A stretch of DNA of 52,256 bases from Octopus bimaculoides (GCF_001194135.2 NC_068982.1:2166771-2219026), one strand, 5' to 3'; shown: positions 1 to 13,948, counted from the first letter of the stretch. Translations and numbers: made by a program. Notes: generated by a model not told the origin, from the letters alone.

Positions 1-391
1 ATATATACATATATATATATATATATACATACATATATATAAATATATATATATTTGTATTGATTGATTGATTGATTAATGAACTTGTGGGCGATTGTGT
101 GCGTGTAGGAATTAAAAAGAAAGAAAAATGAAATGAAATGAAATTCTATGTTATTATGAAATAGAGATTTTTAAAATTATGCTTTGCAATGTCATCATAT
201 TGTGAGCTATGGTATGTTAAATTTTCCCAAATATTAATATCAACCGAGAAGAACTGACCAGAATTCGTTGCACACCTACCAATGAACCTTCATATCTATC
301 TATTTCTATTTATTAATTTCGCTCATTCTTTTAAGCACGCGCCCTCTCTTTCTCCCTCTCTCTCACCCCCTCTCTATGTTTCTGCACAGGC

Positions 392-428
<37 letters not shown>

Positions 429-470
429 CATATAGACATATAGACATATATATATATATANNNNNNNNNN

Positions 471-510
<40 letters not shown>

Positions 511-520
511 TCACAAATAT
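1..520. repeat. (TA)n-rich microsatellite tracts with 10-N gap at 461-470
   Basis: TA runs read directly at 1-55 and ~392-507. Confidence 0.9.
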
Positions 521-906
521 CTATGAAGCTCTCTATATAGTTCCCTCTGATGTAGCTTTCTCTCTTTCTCCATCCTCTTCACACATGTGCACTCTTAACT
601 GGTAATTTTAATTAAAAGACCAAATATATAAAGGTATAAACATGCAACTAATGTGGAACTAAGAGCATCCTATTTTTGAAACACAGAGAAATATATGGTA
701 CGAGAAATTAACCATTTAACTGATCATTCCTGTTTGCATATATCAATTCAAATTCTTTGAATTTTTATAACGTTTTCAATTTTTCTCCAGTGAGAGATGT
801 ATTGAACCTTGTGAAAATTGTCTTAAAATATACTATTTTTGTCTCAAATGAAACTTCCTATTATCTACATAGTTTACAAACACACCTATATACACTCAAG
901 CCAAGG

Positions 907-1375
907 TATATATATATACATACATACATATATATAAATATATNNNNNNNNNNNNNNNNNNNNNNNNNNNNNNNNNNNNNNNNNNNNNNNNNNNNNNNNN
1001 NNNNNNNNNNNNNNNNNNNNNNNNNNNNNNNNNNNNNNNNNNNNNNNNNNNNNNNNNNNNNNNNNNNNNNNNNNNNNNNNNNNNNNNNNNNNNNNNNNNN
1101 NNNNNNNNNNNNNNNNNNNNNNNNNNNNNNNNNNNNNNNNNNNNNNNNNNNNNNNNNNNNNNNNNNNNNNNNNNNNNNNNNNNNNNNNNNNNNNNNNNNN
1201 NNNNNNNNNNNNNNNNNNNNNNNNNNNNNNNNNNNNNNNNNNNNNNNNNNNNNNNNNNNNNNNNNNNNNNNNNNNNNNNNNNNNNNNNNNNNNNNNNNNN
1301 NNNNNNNNNNTATATATATATTATATATATAATATATATACATATATAAATACCTATACATATATATAGTTATTT
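907..1375. repeat. (TA)n microsatellite flanking assembly gap 944-1310
   Basis: TA runs on both sides of the N-run. Confidence 0.9.
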
Positions 1376-3715
1376 ATATGCAGACTCGCTTATACACTTA
1401 TACACACACACGAACACATACGAAACATAAACATGATAGTATAAAAATCTGTATTTGTTCATGAAATTATTTTTTGAAATGAAGATATATTCTATTCTTC
1501 GGTGAAAGCACTGAAAAAAAAATTCTAAATTTTAAATTAAGAAGTAAATTTTAACAGGATATTTTTAAAGAAGATATTTAAAAGTCACCATTTATTTTTC
1601 CCTTCGATTTATCATACTCAGAAATGAAAAGAAAATATTATAAAAATATAAATTGCTGTGAATAAATGCCTTCAGATTAACGCAAGGACGTTGGAAATCG
1701 TGACGAGTAGTGTACAACAACTTGATACATCCAAATTTTTTCTTCATGTTGTATGCATACATAATGTATCGTATAGCATAGATTCAAGTTAACTTGAAAA
1801 TAAATCTGTATACATTTATATATGTAATCACACTCATGCACACATAATCGCATAGACATAAGCATGCAAACATGTCAACATACAAAACACACACACACAC
1901 ACACACAGATATATATATATATAAGCGCGTATGTATGCATATGATTGGTTTGGAACATTTGAAAATATAAATGAAAATATATGTCTAAATATTTACGCAA
2001 ATATATTTGCCTATCATATAAGAGACATTTATGAAGAAAGTTATCTATGCCGCCCTTTTATTTAAAATCCACAATGTGTTCTATTTGTTTTTTTTCTGTC
2101 CAGATATTTTCATACGTTTTTCGTGACTCTATTGTCTTGTGTTTATTCTATCATTTCGGGAGGCAATATGTACGCCTGTTTCATGACTTTAAAACATCAC
2201 GGTCAAGTATAGTTTCTGGCAGTAATGTCTAGACATAACATATTGGCCCGATCTAACATGATATCAGCGTCACGCGCCAAAATCATTTCATCCTAATTAT
2301 AAATCTATCAACATCTACATACTCTGGGGAAGAACTTTGCAACTTGTTAGTTTGTCAAGCAATCTATAAGACAATTACAAAAAATAACTGCTATCAGAGA
2401 TAAATGTATAATACATTTGTGCTTTCAAATCTACTCACACAAAAGCATTTGAATGCATATATATGCACACTTACATACACACACACACACCTACGTACAC
2501 ACACACACACATATATATATATATATCTATATATATGCGTATATGTATGCATACATTTACTGTTGTACCGAATATAATGTAAATAGATATGTACATAAGG
2601 GGACATAAAGAGGTAAAGACAAACAAACAGTGATGAAATTATGTCGGGGAAATGATAATTATAGACGATCAAGTTCATAAAAGGGTTTACAATTAAGAAC
2701 GACAAATTCGTACAACAGAGGGGGGTTTCGGAATAATATATGCACATATCAGCCGAGTCTACATTCTTTCCGATAGTTACCATATTTTGGTAACGGTTGT
2801 TGTTTTAGAACGCTGTAACACTATATCAAATTCTAGATGAAGTGCTAGTGCTAATATGTAAAAAAAAAAAAAAAGTCACGGGTATGGAGATATTTTGGAG
2901 CATTACCTTGGTTACTTTAACTGAGTAACTCAGCATGATTGGTGTTTGAGAACGCTCTGTTGCGTGTACACACGCGCATGCACACATACTCACAAACATA
3001 CACACACGCATTTGCATACATGCATATATACGTCTATTTACATAAATATATGATTTAAATACTTATGCAAAGAAAATATATACACATATGTCAATCATAC
3101 ACACAGACATATATATATATATATTATACCGATATATACACATTTGTATATACATATATACCTAGTTATAGTGCATGTATGTATACGAGTGGATATGTAT
3201 GTCAGTATATGTACATATATGTATATATATACGTTTGTGTTAGTGTGTATATGTATGTATATATGTACGACAATGTTCAAAATTTTGTTTTCGATTTTAG
3301 TCTTTTCTTACAAATGTTTTAAAGTTTGTATGGCGGGATAAATTTCTTACGTCCATATTCGACGTTTCCACAGATTCGCTGTCCCATATTCTAAATTTAA
3401 TATACTTTGTGTCTGTATTGTAGTTTTATACAGTGATTCAATTCTTGTAGACATCCTTGGCAAATATTTACAGAAATTGTATCTGTACACGAGAAACAAC
3501 AAAGAAGTCAAGTATATATGTTTCTTTGAAATGCGACTACGAAGATCCGGAAACGGCAAACATGAATTTAGCAACTTTATTGTGCTGAAACAATTTTAAA
3601 ATATTCAATAAGAAAATACGAAAACTCTAACATGAAAACAAATAAATGCATTCGGGTATTCAGTGAAATATATGTATCTATGTATCCATCTACCTATCTA
3701 CGTAATTTTCTATAC

Positions 3716-3716
3716 G

Positions 3717-3758
<42 letters not shown>

Positions 3759-4040
3759 AGTGTATATATATATATATATATATATATATNNNNNNNNNNN
3801 NNNNNNNNNNNNNNNNNNNNNNNNNNNNNNNNNNNNNNNNNNNNNNNNNNNNNNNNNNNNNNNNNNNNNNNNNNNNNNNNNNNNNNNNNNNNNNNNNNNN
3901 NNNNNNNNNNNNNNNNNNNNNNNNNNNNNNNNNNNNNNNNNNNNNNNNNNNNNNNNNNNNNNNNNNNNNNNNNNNNNNNNNNNNNNNNNNNNNNNNNNNN
4001 NNNNNNNNNNNNNNNNNNNTATATATATATATATATACAT
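3716..4040. repeat. Compound (TA)n/(TG)n microsatellite with gap 3790-4019
   Basis: Read directly. Confidence 0.9.
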
Positions 4041-4755
4041 GCACACACATACATATGTATGTGACTGCATCTGTGTGTGTATGCATGTATATAAGTACAT
4101 ATATAGGCAACCGGTTTTATCATGGAAGAGTTATTGTTGCCATTCAAGATGTCAGAAAGCCATTTTATGCATCAGTCGTTATTTCATAATTGCGAAGTGG
4201 ATATTGCCAAAAAATTTCCATCTTGTTCACTGATAAGCGGCAAAACTCTCAACCGAAAAGATTCTATTAGCAACAAATACGCCGATAATGATTGTAAGAA
4301 TTTCAGTATTTTCTTTAATTCGTAAAATTACTCATCCACGACGTAATTCCTTTCAGTTCAACACACGTCCTGAACATGTAATCACTTGCCAAACAAGTAA
4401 AAATATTGATGTATATTTAGATGCTTTCACACACTTACGAACACATATGAAAATATATGTAGGCTATATCTATATGTATGTGCGGTTCAATGTGTCCACA
4501 GTCAAAAATGTTGCTCTGAATTTTCTCCTAAATATTGTACACCCGATCCATTGAACACTACGAAATCACTGCCATATCATGTATATTCAGAATGGCAATG
4601 GGAAAATGTGAATCAAATAATCTCAGACATACTCAATCTATACACACTCACTGTTAACACTGAAAACATCACACACTCACATCCACATATGCAGGTATAT
4701 ACATACGTACATCCATCCATAGACTAATCAACTATCTCACCTATATATATATATA

Positions 4756-4772
4756 AGATCGGAAGAGCGTCG
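4756..4772 (+). other. Illumina adapter remnant (assembly artefact)
   Basis: AGATCGGAAGAGCGTCG exactly matches the start of the Illumina paired-end/TruSeq adapter and ends at the N-gap 4773-4836. Confidence 0.95.
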
Positions 4773-4836
4773 NNNNNNNNNNNNNNNNNNNNNNNNNNNN
4801 NNNNNNNNNNNNNNNNNNNNNNNNNNNNNNNNNNNN

Positions 4837-4892
<56 letters not shown>
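4837..4892. repeat. (CA)n microsatellite
   Basis: Read directly. Confidence 0.95.
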
Positions 4893-4896
<4 letters not shown>

Positions 4897-5039
4897 ATGT
4901 ATACATATATGCCTATGGGAGTGTGTTGTTGTCTGAGTCTGTGTGCTAGTACGTCTTGGAATGTGCGTATGCGTGTGTGTATGTACATGTATATGTGTAC
5001 TATATATATATATGTGTGTGTAGGAGAGTTAGCCATTAT

Positions 5040-5357
5040 TTTCTCATAATCTTATTTTCGTTATCATAATCGTCATCCGCATCATCATCATCAACATCAT
5101 CAGCATAAACATTATCGTCACCAACATCATTGTCATCATCAACAGCATCAATGTTGTCATTGTCGACGCCGTCATTGGCGTCGTCCTCATCAGCGTCATC
5201 ATCATCATGATCGTGCACCACCTCCACCTCCTCATCATCATCATCTCCATCATCATCATCATCATCATCCTCATCATCAACATCCTTGTCATCCACATCA
5301 TTTTCATCACCAACACCACCATCATCATCATCGTCCTCATCATCGTCATCATCATTA
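5040..5357. repeat. Degenerate (CAT/CGT)n trinucleotide tract
   Basis: Cryptic ATC repeat; gives poly-D and poly-M ORFs on the minus strand. Confidence 0.85.
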
Positions 5358-5518
5358 GTTAAACGTTATGAAAACAGGGTACTTTTGTGCGCGCGCGCAA
5401 AATACATGTATTCAAAAGTACATAATCCCTATATACGACTGGTTGCGGGTGTGTGATTGTGTGTGTGCGTGTGTATGCGTGTGTGTACATTTATTTTAAT
5501 TGCATTTTTATGTTTAAT

Positions 5519-5697
5519 GGCGAATGAGTACAATTATTACTACGTCGGACAAAATGCGTAGAGTTATTTCTTCCCGCTCGTTACATTTTGGGTTCAAATA
5601 CCACGGAGGTCAACTTTACTTTTACTCTTTAGGGGGTCAATAAAGTACCAGTGAAGAACTGGGGTCGATGTAAAATCGACTTAACTCCCTCTCTTTA
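5519..5697 (+). mobile_element. tRNA-derived SINE family A, degenerate copy
   Basis: Colinear with 7533-7757: GGGTTCAAATACC B-box-like motif, then GAGGTCAACTTT...GGGGTCGATGTAAAATCGACTT. Confidence 0.7.
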
Positions 5698-5767
5698 CAA
5701 CTGATGGTCAGTGAGCCATCATTTGAAACCTTCAATTGTAATATCAGCTATGGTGCAGGCTTGTATA

Positions 5768-6549
5768 AATATATATATATATANNNNNNNNNNNNNNNNN
5801 NNNNNNNNNNNNNNNNNNNNNNNNNNNNNNNNNNNNNNNNNNNNNNNNNNNNNNNNNNNNNNNNNNNNNNNNNNNNNNNNNNNNNNNNNNNNNNNNNNNN
5901 NNNNNNNNNNNNNNNNNNNNNNNNNNNNNNNNNNNNNNNNNNNNNNNNNNNNNNNNNNNNNNNNNNNNNNNNNNNNNNNNNNNNNNNNNNNNNNNNNNNN
6001 NNNNNNNNNNNNNNNNNNNNNNNNNNNNNNNNNNNNNNNNNNNNNNNNNNNNNNNNNNNNNNNNNNNNNNNNNNNNNNNNNNNNNNNNNNNNNNNNNNNN
6101 NNNNNNNNNNNNNNNNNNNNNNNNNNNNNNNNNNNNNNNNNNNNNNNNNNNNNNNNNNNNNNNNNNNNNNNNNNNNNNNNNNNNNNNNNNNNNNNNNNNN
6201 NNNNNNNNNNNNNNNNNNNNNNNNNNNNNNNNNNNNNNNNNNNNNNNNNNNNNNNNNNNNNNNNNNNNNNNNNNNNNNNNNNNNNNNNNNNNNNNNNNNN
6301 NNNNNNNNNNNNNNNNNNNNNNNNNNNNNNNNNNNNNNNNNNNNNNNNNNNNNNNNNNNNNNNNNNNNNNNNNNNNNNNNNNNNNNNNNNNNNNNNNNNN
6401 NNNNNNNNNNNNNNNNNNNNNNNNNNNNNNNNNNNNNNNNNNNNNNNNNNNNNNNNNNNNNNNNNNNNNNNNNNNNNNNNNNNNNNNNNNNNNNNNNNNN
6501 NNNNNNNNNNNNNNNNNNNNNNNNNNNNNNNNNNNNNNNNNNNNNNNNN

Positions 6550-6585
<36 letters not shown>
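5768..6585. repeat. (TA)n flanking assembly gap 5784-6549
   Basis: Read directly. Confidence 0.9.
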
Positions 6586-6586
<1 letters not shown>

Positions 6587-7532
6587 GATATAAACATATG
6601 CTTATAAATATACGTATGTATTTATTCTCTAACAGCTAACAAGAAAAAAGAACAGAAACACACGCATATACACACACACACACAGACATATATATATATA
6701 CATATATACATTAGCATGCATACATAAATATTTTATCAAAAATGCAATCATGCGTTAAATAGAAGCAAATCACTACAAATGTTATTAAATAATTAAATAA
6801 TATATTTTCCTGTCATTTTCATTGATTGATATTTTATCTTTTCTATTGTTTTGTTTTTTGTCGAAAAAGATAAAACTAATGATTGCTCTAAACATACCCC
6901 ATATTAATTACTCATCTAATAAAACTTATCAAAAATTACTGTTATAATTATTATTTTTATGACGTAATTGACAATTACGATAAACTTTTGTTATGTTGTT
7001 TTTGTTATTCGCATTCTTGTTATAGTTACTGTTAATATTTTTTAATCACTATCTGTATTACTTGTATAGGTCCATACTAATGGAGAATGAGAATAAAATT
7101 ATTTTCGATGAAGTCTGAATGAATCAGACAGAAAATATCTCATTAGGATATTTGCAGTTTCGAACAATGAAGACTTGTCTTTCGTTTATTTAATTCGGGT
7201 TTTGAACGTTCTCTGCTTACTTCATAGTATCCAAACAGCTAACATTATACTGTTGAGCCCTTTCTCTCCATTTTTATGAGTCCACTATGTTCTTTAAAAA
7301 TGTTACATCATAACACAATTTTGTAATGTTGTGTCTCCATATATGTCATCATTTTGAAACTCAATAAGCGTATTTTGCCATAAAAGTATTGTTTAGGTGA
7401 GTATTATGTGCATACCTAGCTGTTTTGATGCTAAAATTTCTCAAATCCTTTTACTCCTTCTTTTTCCATAACCTATTTCTGTTGCATTTTAACTACAATG
7501 GTTTCCACACTTGAAATATTTATTTGAAATAA

Positions 7533-7757
7533 GGCGACGAGCTTGCAGAAATGTTAGCACGCCGGGCGAAATGCTTAGCGGTATTTCGGCTGTCTTTACG
7601 TTCTGAGTTCAAATTCTCCCGAGGTCGACTTTGCCTTTCATCCTTTCGGGGTCGATAAATTAAGTACCAATTTCGTACTGGGGCCGATCTAATCGACTGC
7701 CACCCCCCCCCCCAAAAAAAAATTTCGGCACTTGTGCCTAGAGTGGAATGGAATATT
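7533..7757 (+). mobile_element. tRNA-derived SINE family A, well-preserved copy
   Basis: GGCGACGAGCTTGCAGAAATGTTAGC head, B-box-like GAGTTCAAATTC (7605-7616), core GCCTTTCATCCTTTCGGGGTCGATAAATTAAGTACC. At least seven related copies occur in the window. Confidence 0.85.
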
Positions 7758-7855
7758 TTTTCGAAATGAGATGGACAACATATCTATTTAGGGCAACTTT
7801 AACCCGTTTGTTAAAGGGTATTATTATAAAACACTCCTCATCAAAGTAGATATTA

Positions 7856-7900
7856 TTTATCTCACCATAGTTTATCTCACCATAGTTTATCTCACCATAG
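7856..7900. repeat. 15-bp tandem repeat x3 (TTTATCTCACCATAG)
   Basis: Three exact units. Confidence 0.95.
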
Positions 7901-8110
7901 TACTTCCGTGTAACACATTTATCCAACCATTGTACATCCGTGTAACACATGAAAAAGTATTTTACGACGGGTCATATTCCAAAATTAAAAGCAAGTTCTT
8001 CATTTAAACACTCATGCTGCCTTTGCAAAATTACTTGCAGATTTTGTTATTTTGTATTATTTTATTTTACAAATTTTATTTTTGTATTAGAAAAAAAAAA
8101 TCTCGACTTC

Positions 8111-8397
8111 TTATGACTGTATTTTCTCGTTCTCTTATGACTCTTATGACTCTTATGACTGTATTTTCTCGTTCTCTTATGACTCTTATGACTCTTATGA
8201 CTGTATTTTCTCGTTCTCTTGTGACTCTTATGACTCTTATGGCTGTATTTTCTCGTTCTCTTATGACTCTTATGACTCTTATGACTGTATTTTCTTGTTC
8301 TCTTATGACTCTTATGACTCTTATGACTGTATTTTCTCGTTCTCTTATGACTCTTATGACTCTTATGACTGTATTTTTTCGTTCTCTTATGACTCTT
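8111..8397. repeat. 42-bp higher-order minisatellite, ~6.8 units, built on a 9-bp TTATGACTC subunit
   Basis: Units start at 8111, 8153, 8195, 8237, 8279, 8321 and 8363, with few substitutions. Confidence 0.95.
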
Positions 8398-9149
8398 GCT
8401 TATCGTCTTATAATTGTTCGATGGCTTCTTGATATTGTTCTTTTTCATCTTAATAATCATTATCATCTTTTCTGTCTTTTCTCCTTCATACTCCTTCTTT
8501 TTCTTCTTCTTATTTCCATCACTAGTTTTAATTACAATTATCACTAACCTCATCATCGTAGGCGTCTTCGTAATCTTAATTCCTAATTCTAGGTGTGTCT
8601 GTTAGTAGTTTACTTGTCTAAGTTCTCTGTTTTACTTGTAGAATACCTTTACTTTACTGGTTGATATAATTTGTAGATGAACGAATTACTTCCCTCCTAT
8701 TATTTCAATGTGCCTCCATACACTGTAAGCAGTTTTAATACAGTATAGAAACGACTGCATCTGGCTAGAGTATGAATTGCGAGAATTATTGCTGTTACAG
8801 TGTCGGGTTTGGGTGAGATAATCGCTTGAGGTATTTTGTTATCTCATTGCATAATGATTATATAGCATTAAACCCAGGAAATGTTATTGTATATGATTGT
8901 GTCAAATATAAATCATAATGTATATGTTATGATGCGAGACGAATTACATAAGTCATCGATGATTGTATAAGGTATGCGTTGTTTCAGAGACTATACAGCT
9001 TGCATTTAGTAGACTTGCATTTAGTAGTGCAAAATATTGATTATGACAAAAAAGGGTGTCGTTTGAGTGGTTTATTTTATTTTTAGACCTCATATGAGTT
9101 TTGTGAATTTCTTCTGCATTTATAGCCTAACCTAATTACGACTGCAGTT

Positions 9150-9520
9150 ACTATTGGTGCTGTTTTTCCTTTCATGCATCACATCCTTGTTATTTTCCTG
9201 TCAAGGACTTTGCCAGTTGACACGTTATTCTATTCGTTCCTCTGTCACCCTATGACCTGCTTCTTTCCAGTTCATGATAATTATTGAATCCTGCAGAGTT
9301 TTCCAAAACCTTTTCACCAGAATTATTTGACCCGCGACATTGAGGTCAGATTGTTATCCTTCAAAATACATTTGTATATATTAATTTCTATCCGTTGCTC
9401 CCCTTAAGGTTTACGCTGTTATACATTTAACATAGCTACCAAGTTGAACATGTCTGTGTGTATAATCAAACTTACTGCACGGCTGGACGTAAAGCGTTCA
9501 GCATTTTATTGTTCTGACAG
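9150..9520 (-). mobile_element. Highly decayed APE endonuclease remnant of an RTE-like LINE
   Basis: Frameshifted motifs in the expected order: SDLNV (cf. GDFNA), NNSGEKVLEN (cf. NENGERLLE), WQSP at ~9204-9215 (cf. TWQSP). Confidence 0.4.
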
Positions 9521-11719
9521 CTTCACCTAAACTTGATGACAAGCTGTTACACTCATTCTTTTGTGTGTGATTGTTTGTATTTAAGCTTTCCAGTTTTGAA
9601 ATGCGGGATATCGACCATTTTTTGTACCATGATTCCGGTGCTATTAATTCGAACTTCTTATCGAAGCAGAATCGTAGTTTCTATTGTGCTAGAGTTTTTA
9701 TTTCTCATAGATGCTCCAAGAATACTTTAAATTCCATTATTTTTGATGTGTCTTCTAGAGCAATTATTTTATATTAACGATCACGTAGGTTCGCTTCTTC
9801 TGAGAAAACATGTCTCAGCTTCTCTACTGTGGAAAGAATGTCTTTTTTAGCGACATTTTAATTTATTTATGCTCTTCCCTAGTAGGTATCTATTTTCTCG
9901 TTTATGTTTTCAATTTTCTACCGCAACTTATTTACTTAATTATTTAATTTTAATTGAGCTACGAAAGCGTGTCTAACTCGATTGGGACGAGGCCTGAAGT
10001 TGTTACCACTGCGTTTCAAAAGCACTGCCACTTTTGTTCAGTCGAATAGGTCACTCGGTGTTGACACGGAATTAGTTTGTTTTCGTGGACAGAATTCTTG
10101 TTGGATTCTCTTACACTCACTCTCCCTTGAAGCTGGGTGTACCTCTGTAGATTGACTGATGGTTAATATTGATTCTTGTTTCATGATTTTGTTTCCTGTT
10201 ACTACTTTTATATTATTACTGTTATCCCTACCTCACCACCTGGATTAATTGTAATGGATTTGTTTCATATGTGTTTTTATTAGGTTCTTTGTCAAGAGAG
10301 AGGATTTCGATTGTATACTTTTCATGCGGATTTGTTTGGATGTTTTAACAGATGTTCTATGATTTTTAACATGATTTTGTATTTCTGTTTCCTTTTCATT
10401 TTAACAGTATAAGTATTGCTGTTTAATGTTTTTTAGGCTATGTGTTTTATGGTATATTCGTCGAATATATCATAAAACTGCGAGACTTCATAAACTGTGA
10501 GGCTTCACACATTGTGCATTTTCTCGCTTCCGTCAATATTGTTGTCTTTCATTTCTGGTGTTTAAGAAGTTCGGATGTAGCTGGTTCTTCGTACTTTCCA
10601 TTAGTTTATGATAAAATATTTTATGTATAATCAGCAGTCTGTTGTTTTGGTTTTCAATATCTATTTTTACACGTAGTTTTCCATTTCCTTCACAACTCAG
10701 GAATTATTCTATAATAACCACGTATCCTGGTTGTAGCGTGGATGGGCACTACGAGTGAGCAAGAGATCAGATTGTTTTCAAATGTTAGTTAAGAGTTGCT
10801 CTATGTTCATACCGTTACACTAAAACTGTAACATTCCTAACATATACTCACTTGGACAATCGTGTCTGTCTTTCCATTTGACTCATGCTAAGGGATTCTG
10901 GATTTGTTTCGAAAATCTTCAGGATATACTTTTATGTTTCTTGTATTTTGATGTTTTGCAAAAGTGACTTTATTTGGTTGTAACTTCTTCGAAAGAGTCA
11001 TTGTTTCTTATTTACGCATAAGTTGATCATTATTTACTCATTGTAGTTTAATTGTACGCTGCATAACATTCTAATTCAGAAATATGCTACACAACTTATT
11101 TATTTCATTTTTATTAGTCGAATTTTTTCCATCGTACATTCCTACTGTTTCGAATAAAACATGCTAATCGCTGTTGTGTTCGTCACAGAAACACTGTTTC
11201 TCCTTTACCGCGAATATGTGTTCATAACAGACTCGATTTATTAGTCCAAGGGATTTTGAGACAAAGATTCAAGCAAGAGACGACTCTCACCTTTCTAATT
11301 TCAGCAAGCAAACAATTCACTGATCCGTGCCAGTATCTGCCAACTGATAATAAGGTGATTTATTGGTATAAATGAAAAGACACAATCATATTTGCAATTA
11401 CTTTTCACATTAATAAGACATGAAATCCAAGGAATAAGATAAAAGTATTAATGAAATTTCCAAACTTTTTTCTCTGCTAATAAATATAATTTCAGTCTCA
11501 TTTTATCAGTTAATCCTTATTTCATTGGATGAATACAGTTAAATTATTATTTATGACGCACTTATCACTACTAGAATTGCTATCACCGAAGCCACCACCA
11601 CCACCACCACCAAAACCACGCACATTAGTACTTCTACTACTATTGTTTTTATTGTAGTTGTTGCTGTTTCAAATAGCATCTTCTCGGGAGAATGTAACAG
11701 TTTAAACTGTCCATAACTA

Positions 11720-12900
11720 GATTTCGAAAAATCTGCGGAGCATTCATGAAGATCTGTGAAACACTGTTTTCTGTAGACGTTTTATCTTCACATTCAGTCA
11801 TGTCTGTTCAATGCACTTTGTGATCTTTGTACTTATGTTGCCCAATGTTGCAACAAGTACAGAACTCACCTTCTTCAGTGAACTTAGAGGTTTTGTTTCC
11901 CAGTTCAAATCTTCATATCTCTCCTTCAGTCTTTCTCTTTCCAATACACTTTCATCAAGAAAGCATGTAATATCGACCATTAAACAGTATTTTTCACTCT
12001 TAAATTCTCAAACACTAATACACGGATCGCAATGTCGAATATCATGGCCCCATTGGATCATTATATCTCAAATTATCTTTACCGTATCATTCCTATCTAT
12101 TCATTCTCAGCTTTGCACACGCCACATCTTCGTTCTATCTAATCCATTTTTGCTGTACAATTCTCAATGGATCCTTTTTTGCGATGTAAGTGTGTCTTCT
12201 GTACGCTTATTCTTTTATTTTTGTGGATACTCATTTACAATATGCCAAACATTCTCCTATTTATCACCGCTCAGCATTCTATATTCACGTTCTGCTGTGT
12301 TATCAACTCAGCATCTGCGAAACACTGATAAAAGTTTCTATCGCTGGCTTCAAACCACTCTTCTTAAGTCAATTTTCATTCTCTCGTCGATTTCACGGAC
12401 ACCATTTTCCCACTCTATTTTCTTTCGTTTTCCGAACTCATTTTTGTTCATTGTACTTCTCTGTCTCCAGGGAAGTATCTGTCCTGGCTATACCACATAT
12501 ATACTTATTTAAACCAGCAAGGTTGTATGAAAATGCGGATATACAACTCTAAGTTACTTTCTTCTGAGCATATAACACAGTCAGAGCTGATTAGCCCTCT
12601 GAATCTTTTGTTCTCGGTTAGATACAAGATGTAAATATTGTTCGTCAGGTAGAATGCAAAGTCCACTGTGAATACTTTTCTCCATTTTGGGTCTAGCGCA
12701 TGTAACTCCATTTCCACCCAATGGATAATGCCAGTGCCATACCTCAAATAGGAAATCACCTGGCCGCAACAGAGTCTAAATCTTCATTGCTTCTTTCCAA
12801 TATTTCTTGCATCTTGAAGAATCCCGAGGTCTTATACTTAGTATCATCAATCTTTATTCATGATTTTTTGGTATGGTAATTCTAAAACTACAGCTTAGAA
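11720..12900 (-). mobile_element. R4/Dong-like REL non-LTR retrotransposon, decayed 3' part (RT thumb to REL endonuclease)
   Basis: YGTGIIHW..MELHALDPKWRK...RGLIS (thumb, ORF 12505..12759); then LMVDITC..DESVLERERLKERYEDL...VATLG (PD-(D/E)xK region, ORF 11798..11980). Confidence 0.75.
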
Positions 12901-13189
12901 AATTATTGTTATTATTATTCTTTCCTCTTTCAGTTTTGTTTGCATTTCTTGCCGAATATCTTCCCGACACGTTGGGCACAGGTGTACGTAGGTAGGCCCT
13001 TAAAATAACTACATCAGACTGATCCTTTAGAAAGTCAAATTATGTGATAACAAAAGGAAAACAGAAAGAATGAAAAGCGAAAAAAGAAAAATGAAAACAA
13101 AGAAAAGAAAGAATGAACAAAAGGAAAGAAACTCCCCAGCGACGATTCTCTTTCCAGTATGTGTGACGTCACAGTTAAAACAATCTTTT

Positions 13190-13600
13190 GCACTTCTTGC
13201 ATGGATCATAATCCAGGGATCATAATCCAGGGATCATAATCCAGGGATCATTCTCAAATAATTTTCGGTTCCTTCTTTGATCGTTCCAAGTGCTTCTACA
13301 ATCACTGGTTTTGTAACCGTCTTCAGATGTCACATTTTCCCCCATTTCAATGAACAACTTCTTATATTTTCTCAGCTTGTCAAATTCCTTTGCCGAGGTA
13401 TTATGATCACAAGAAATACTCATGTCGACCAATAAACTGACTTTATTATTTTGGTCTTTCACAACCATGTCCAGTTTCTTAGATTTCATTGACATGTTTC
13501 TATATATTGGAAAATCCCCCAAAATCGTTGCATTATCTCCCTCGCTTACTGCTTTTGGTGGTGCTTATGCCATTTGTCAGCAGTATTTTTCTTGATGTTG
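13190..13600 (-). mobile_element. R4/Dong-like REL endonuclease fragment
   Basis: WHKHH...TILGDFPIY...LDMVVKDQNNKVSLLVDMSISCDHNTSAKEFDKLRKYK (ORF 13220..13522). Confidence 0.8.
13203..13251. repeat. 14-bp tandem repeat x3.5 (GGATCATAATCCAG)
   Basis: Read directly, at the end of the REL fragment. Confidence 0.9.
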
Positions 13601-13946
13601 TTATTGTTATTATTATTATTATTATTTTTATTGAGCGAGAGAGTAGTGATTGCCATGGAAGTGACATTGGGGTACAAATATACGAATCCCAATATACCCA
13701 TCATGACTACCTGTCTCATCAGGGTGCACCAGGCCCATGCATCACAAACATATGTCACGACATGGTGCCCTCATGTCAAGATGAACAGCACCAGACCCTG
13801 CAGGTCGAGTCGCCCATCCTGCTCAAAAGGTCTCTGAATAAGGTTTGTTTAAGTATGTTTCCACAGGTGAACCATTCAAACCCCAAAGAATTCATCTCAA
13901 CACATGTCTGTGCTGCTGACCAATATTCCTGCTTCTGTTTATTATC

Positions 13947-13948
13947 AA

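Noticed and set aside
5036-5355. Asp-rich ORF reminiscent of molluscan acidic biomineral proteins
   Set aside because: It is coextensive with a decayed (GAT)n tract, has no signal peptide or clear splice context, and similar tracts occur elsewhere in the window.
757-6639. Long ORFs full of X with YI/CV/HT runs (also at 47057-47943 and 49002-49538)
   Set aside because: They are translations of N-gaps and dinucleotide microsatellites.
8111-8397. Repeat-spacer-like periodicity suggesting CRISPR
   Set aside because: The spacers are identical copies rather than unique, the context is eukaryotic, and there are no cas genes.
8400-8560. Third minus frame reads as an acidic protein if TAA is read as Gln (alternative-code contaminant)
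   Set aside because: TGA also interrupts the frame and the flanks carry host SINEs; decayed TE sequence is the simpler explanation.
11811-12552. 233-aa and 120-aa plus-strand hydrophobic ORFs
   Set aside because: They are antisense shadows of the purine-rich minus-strand LINE remnant.
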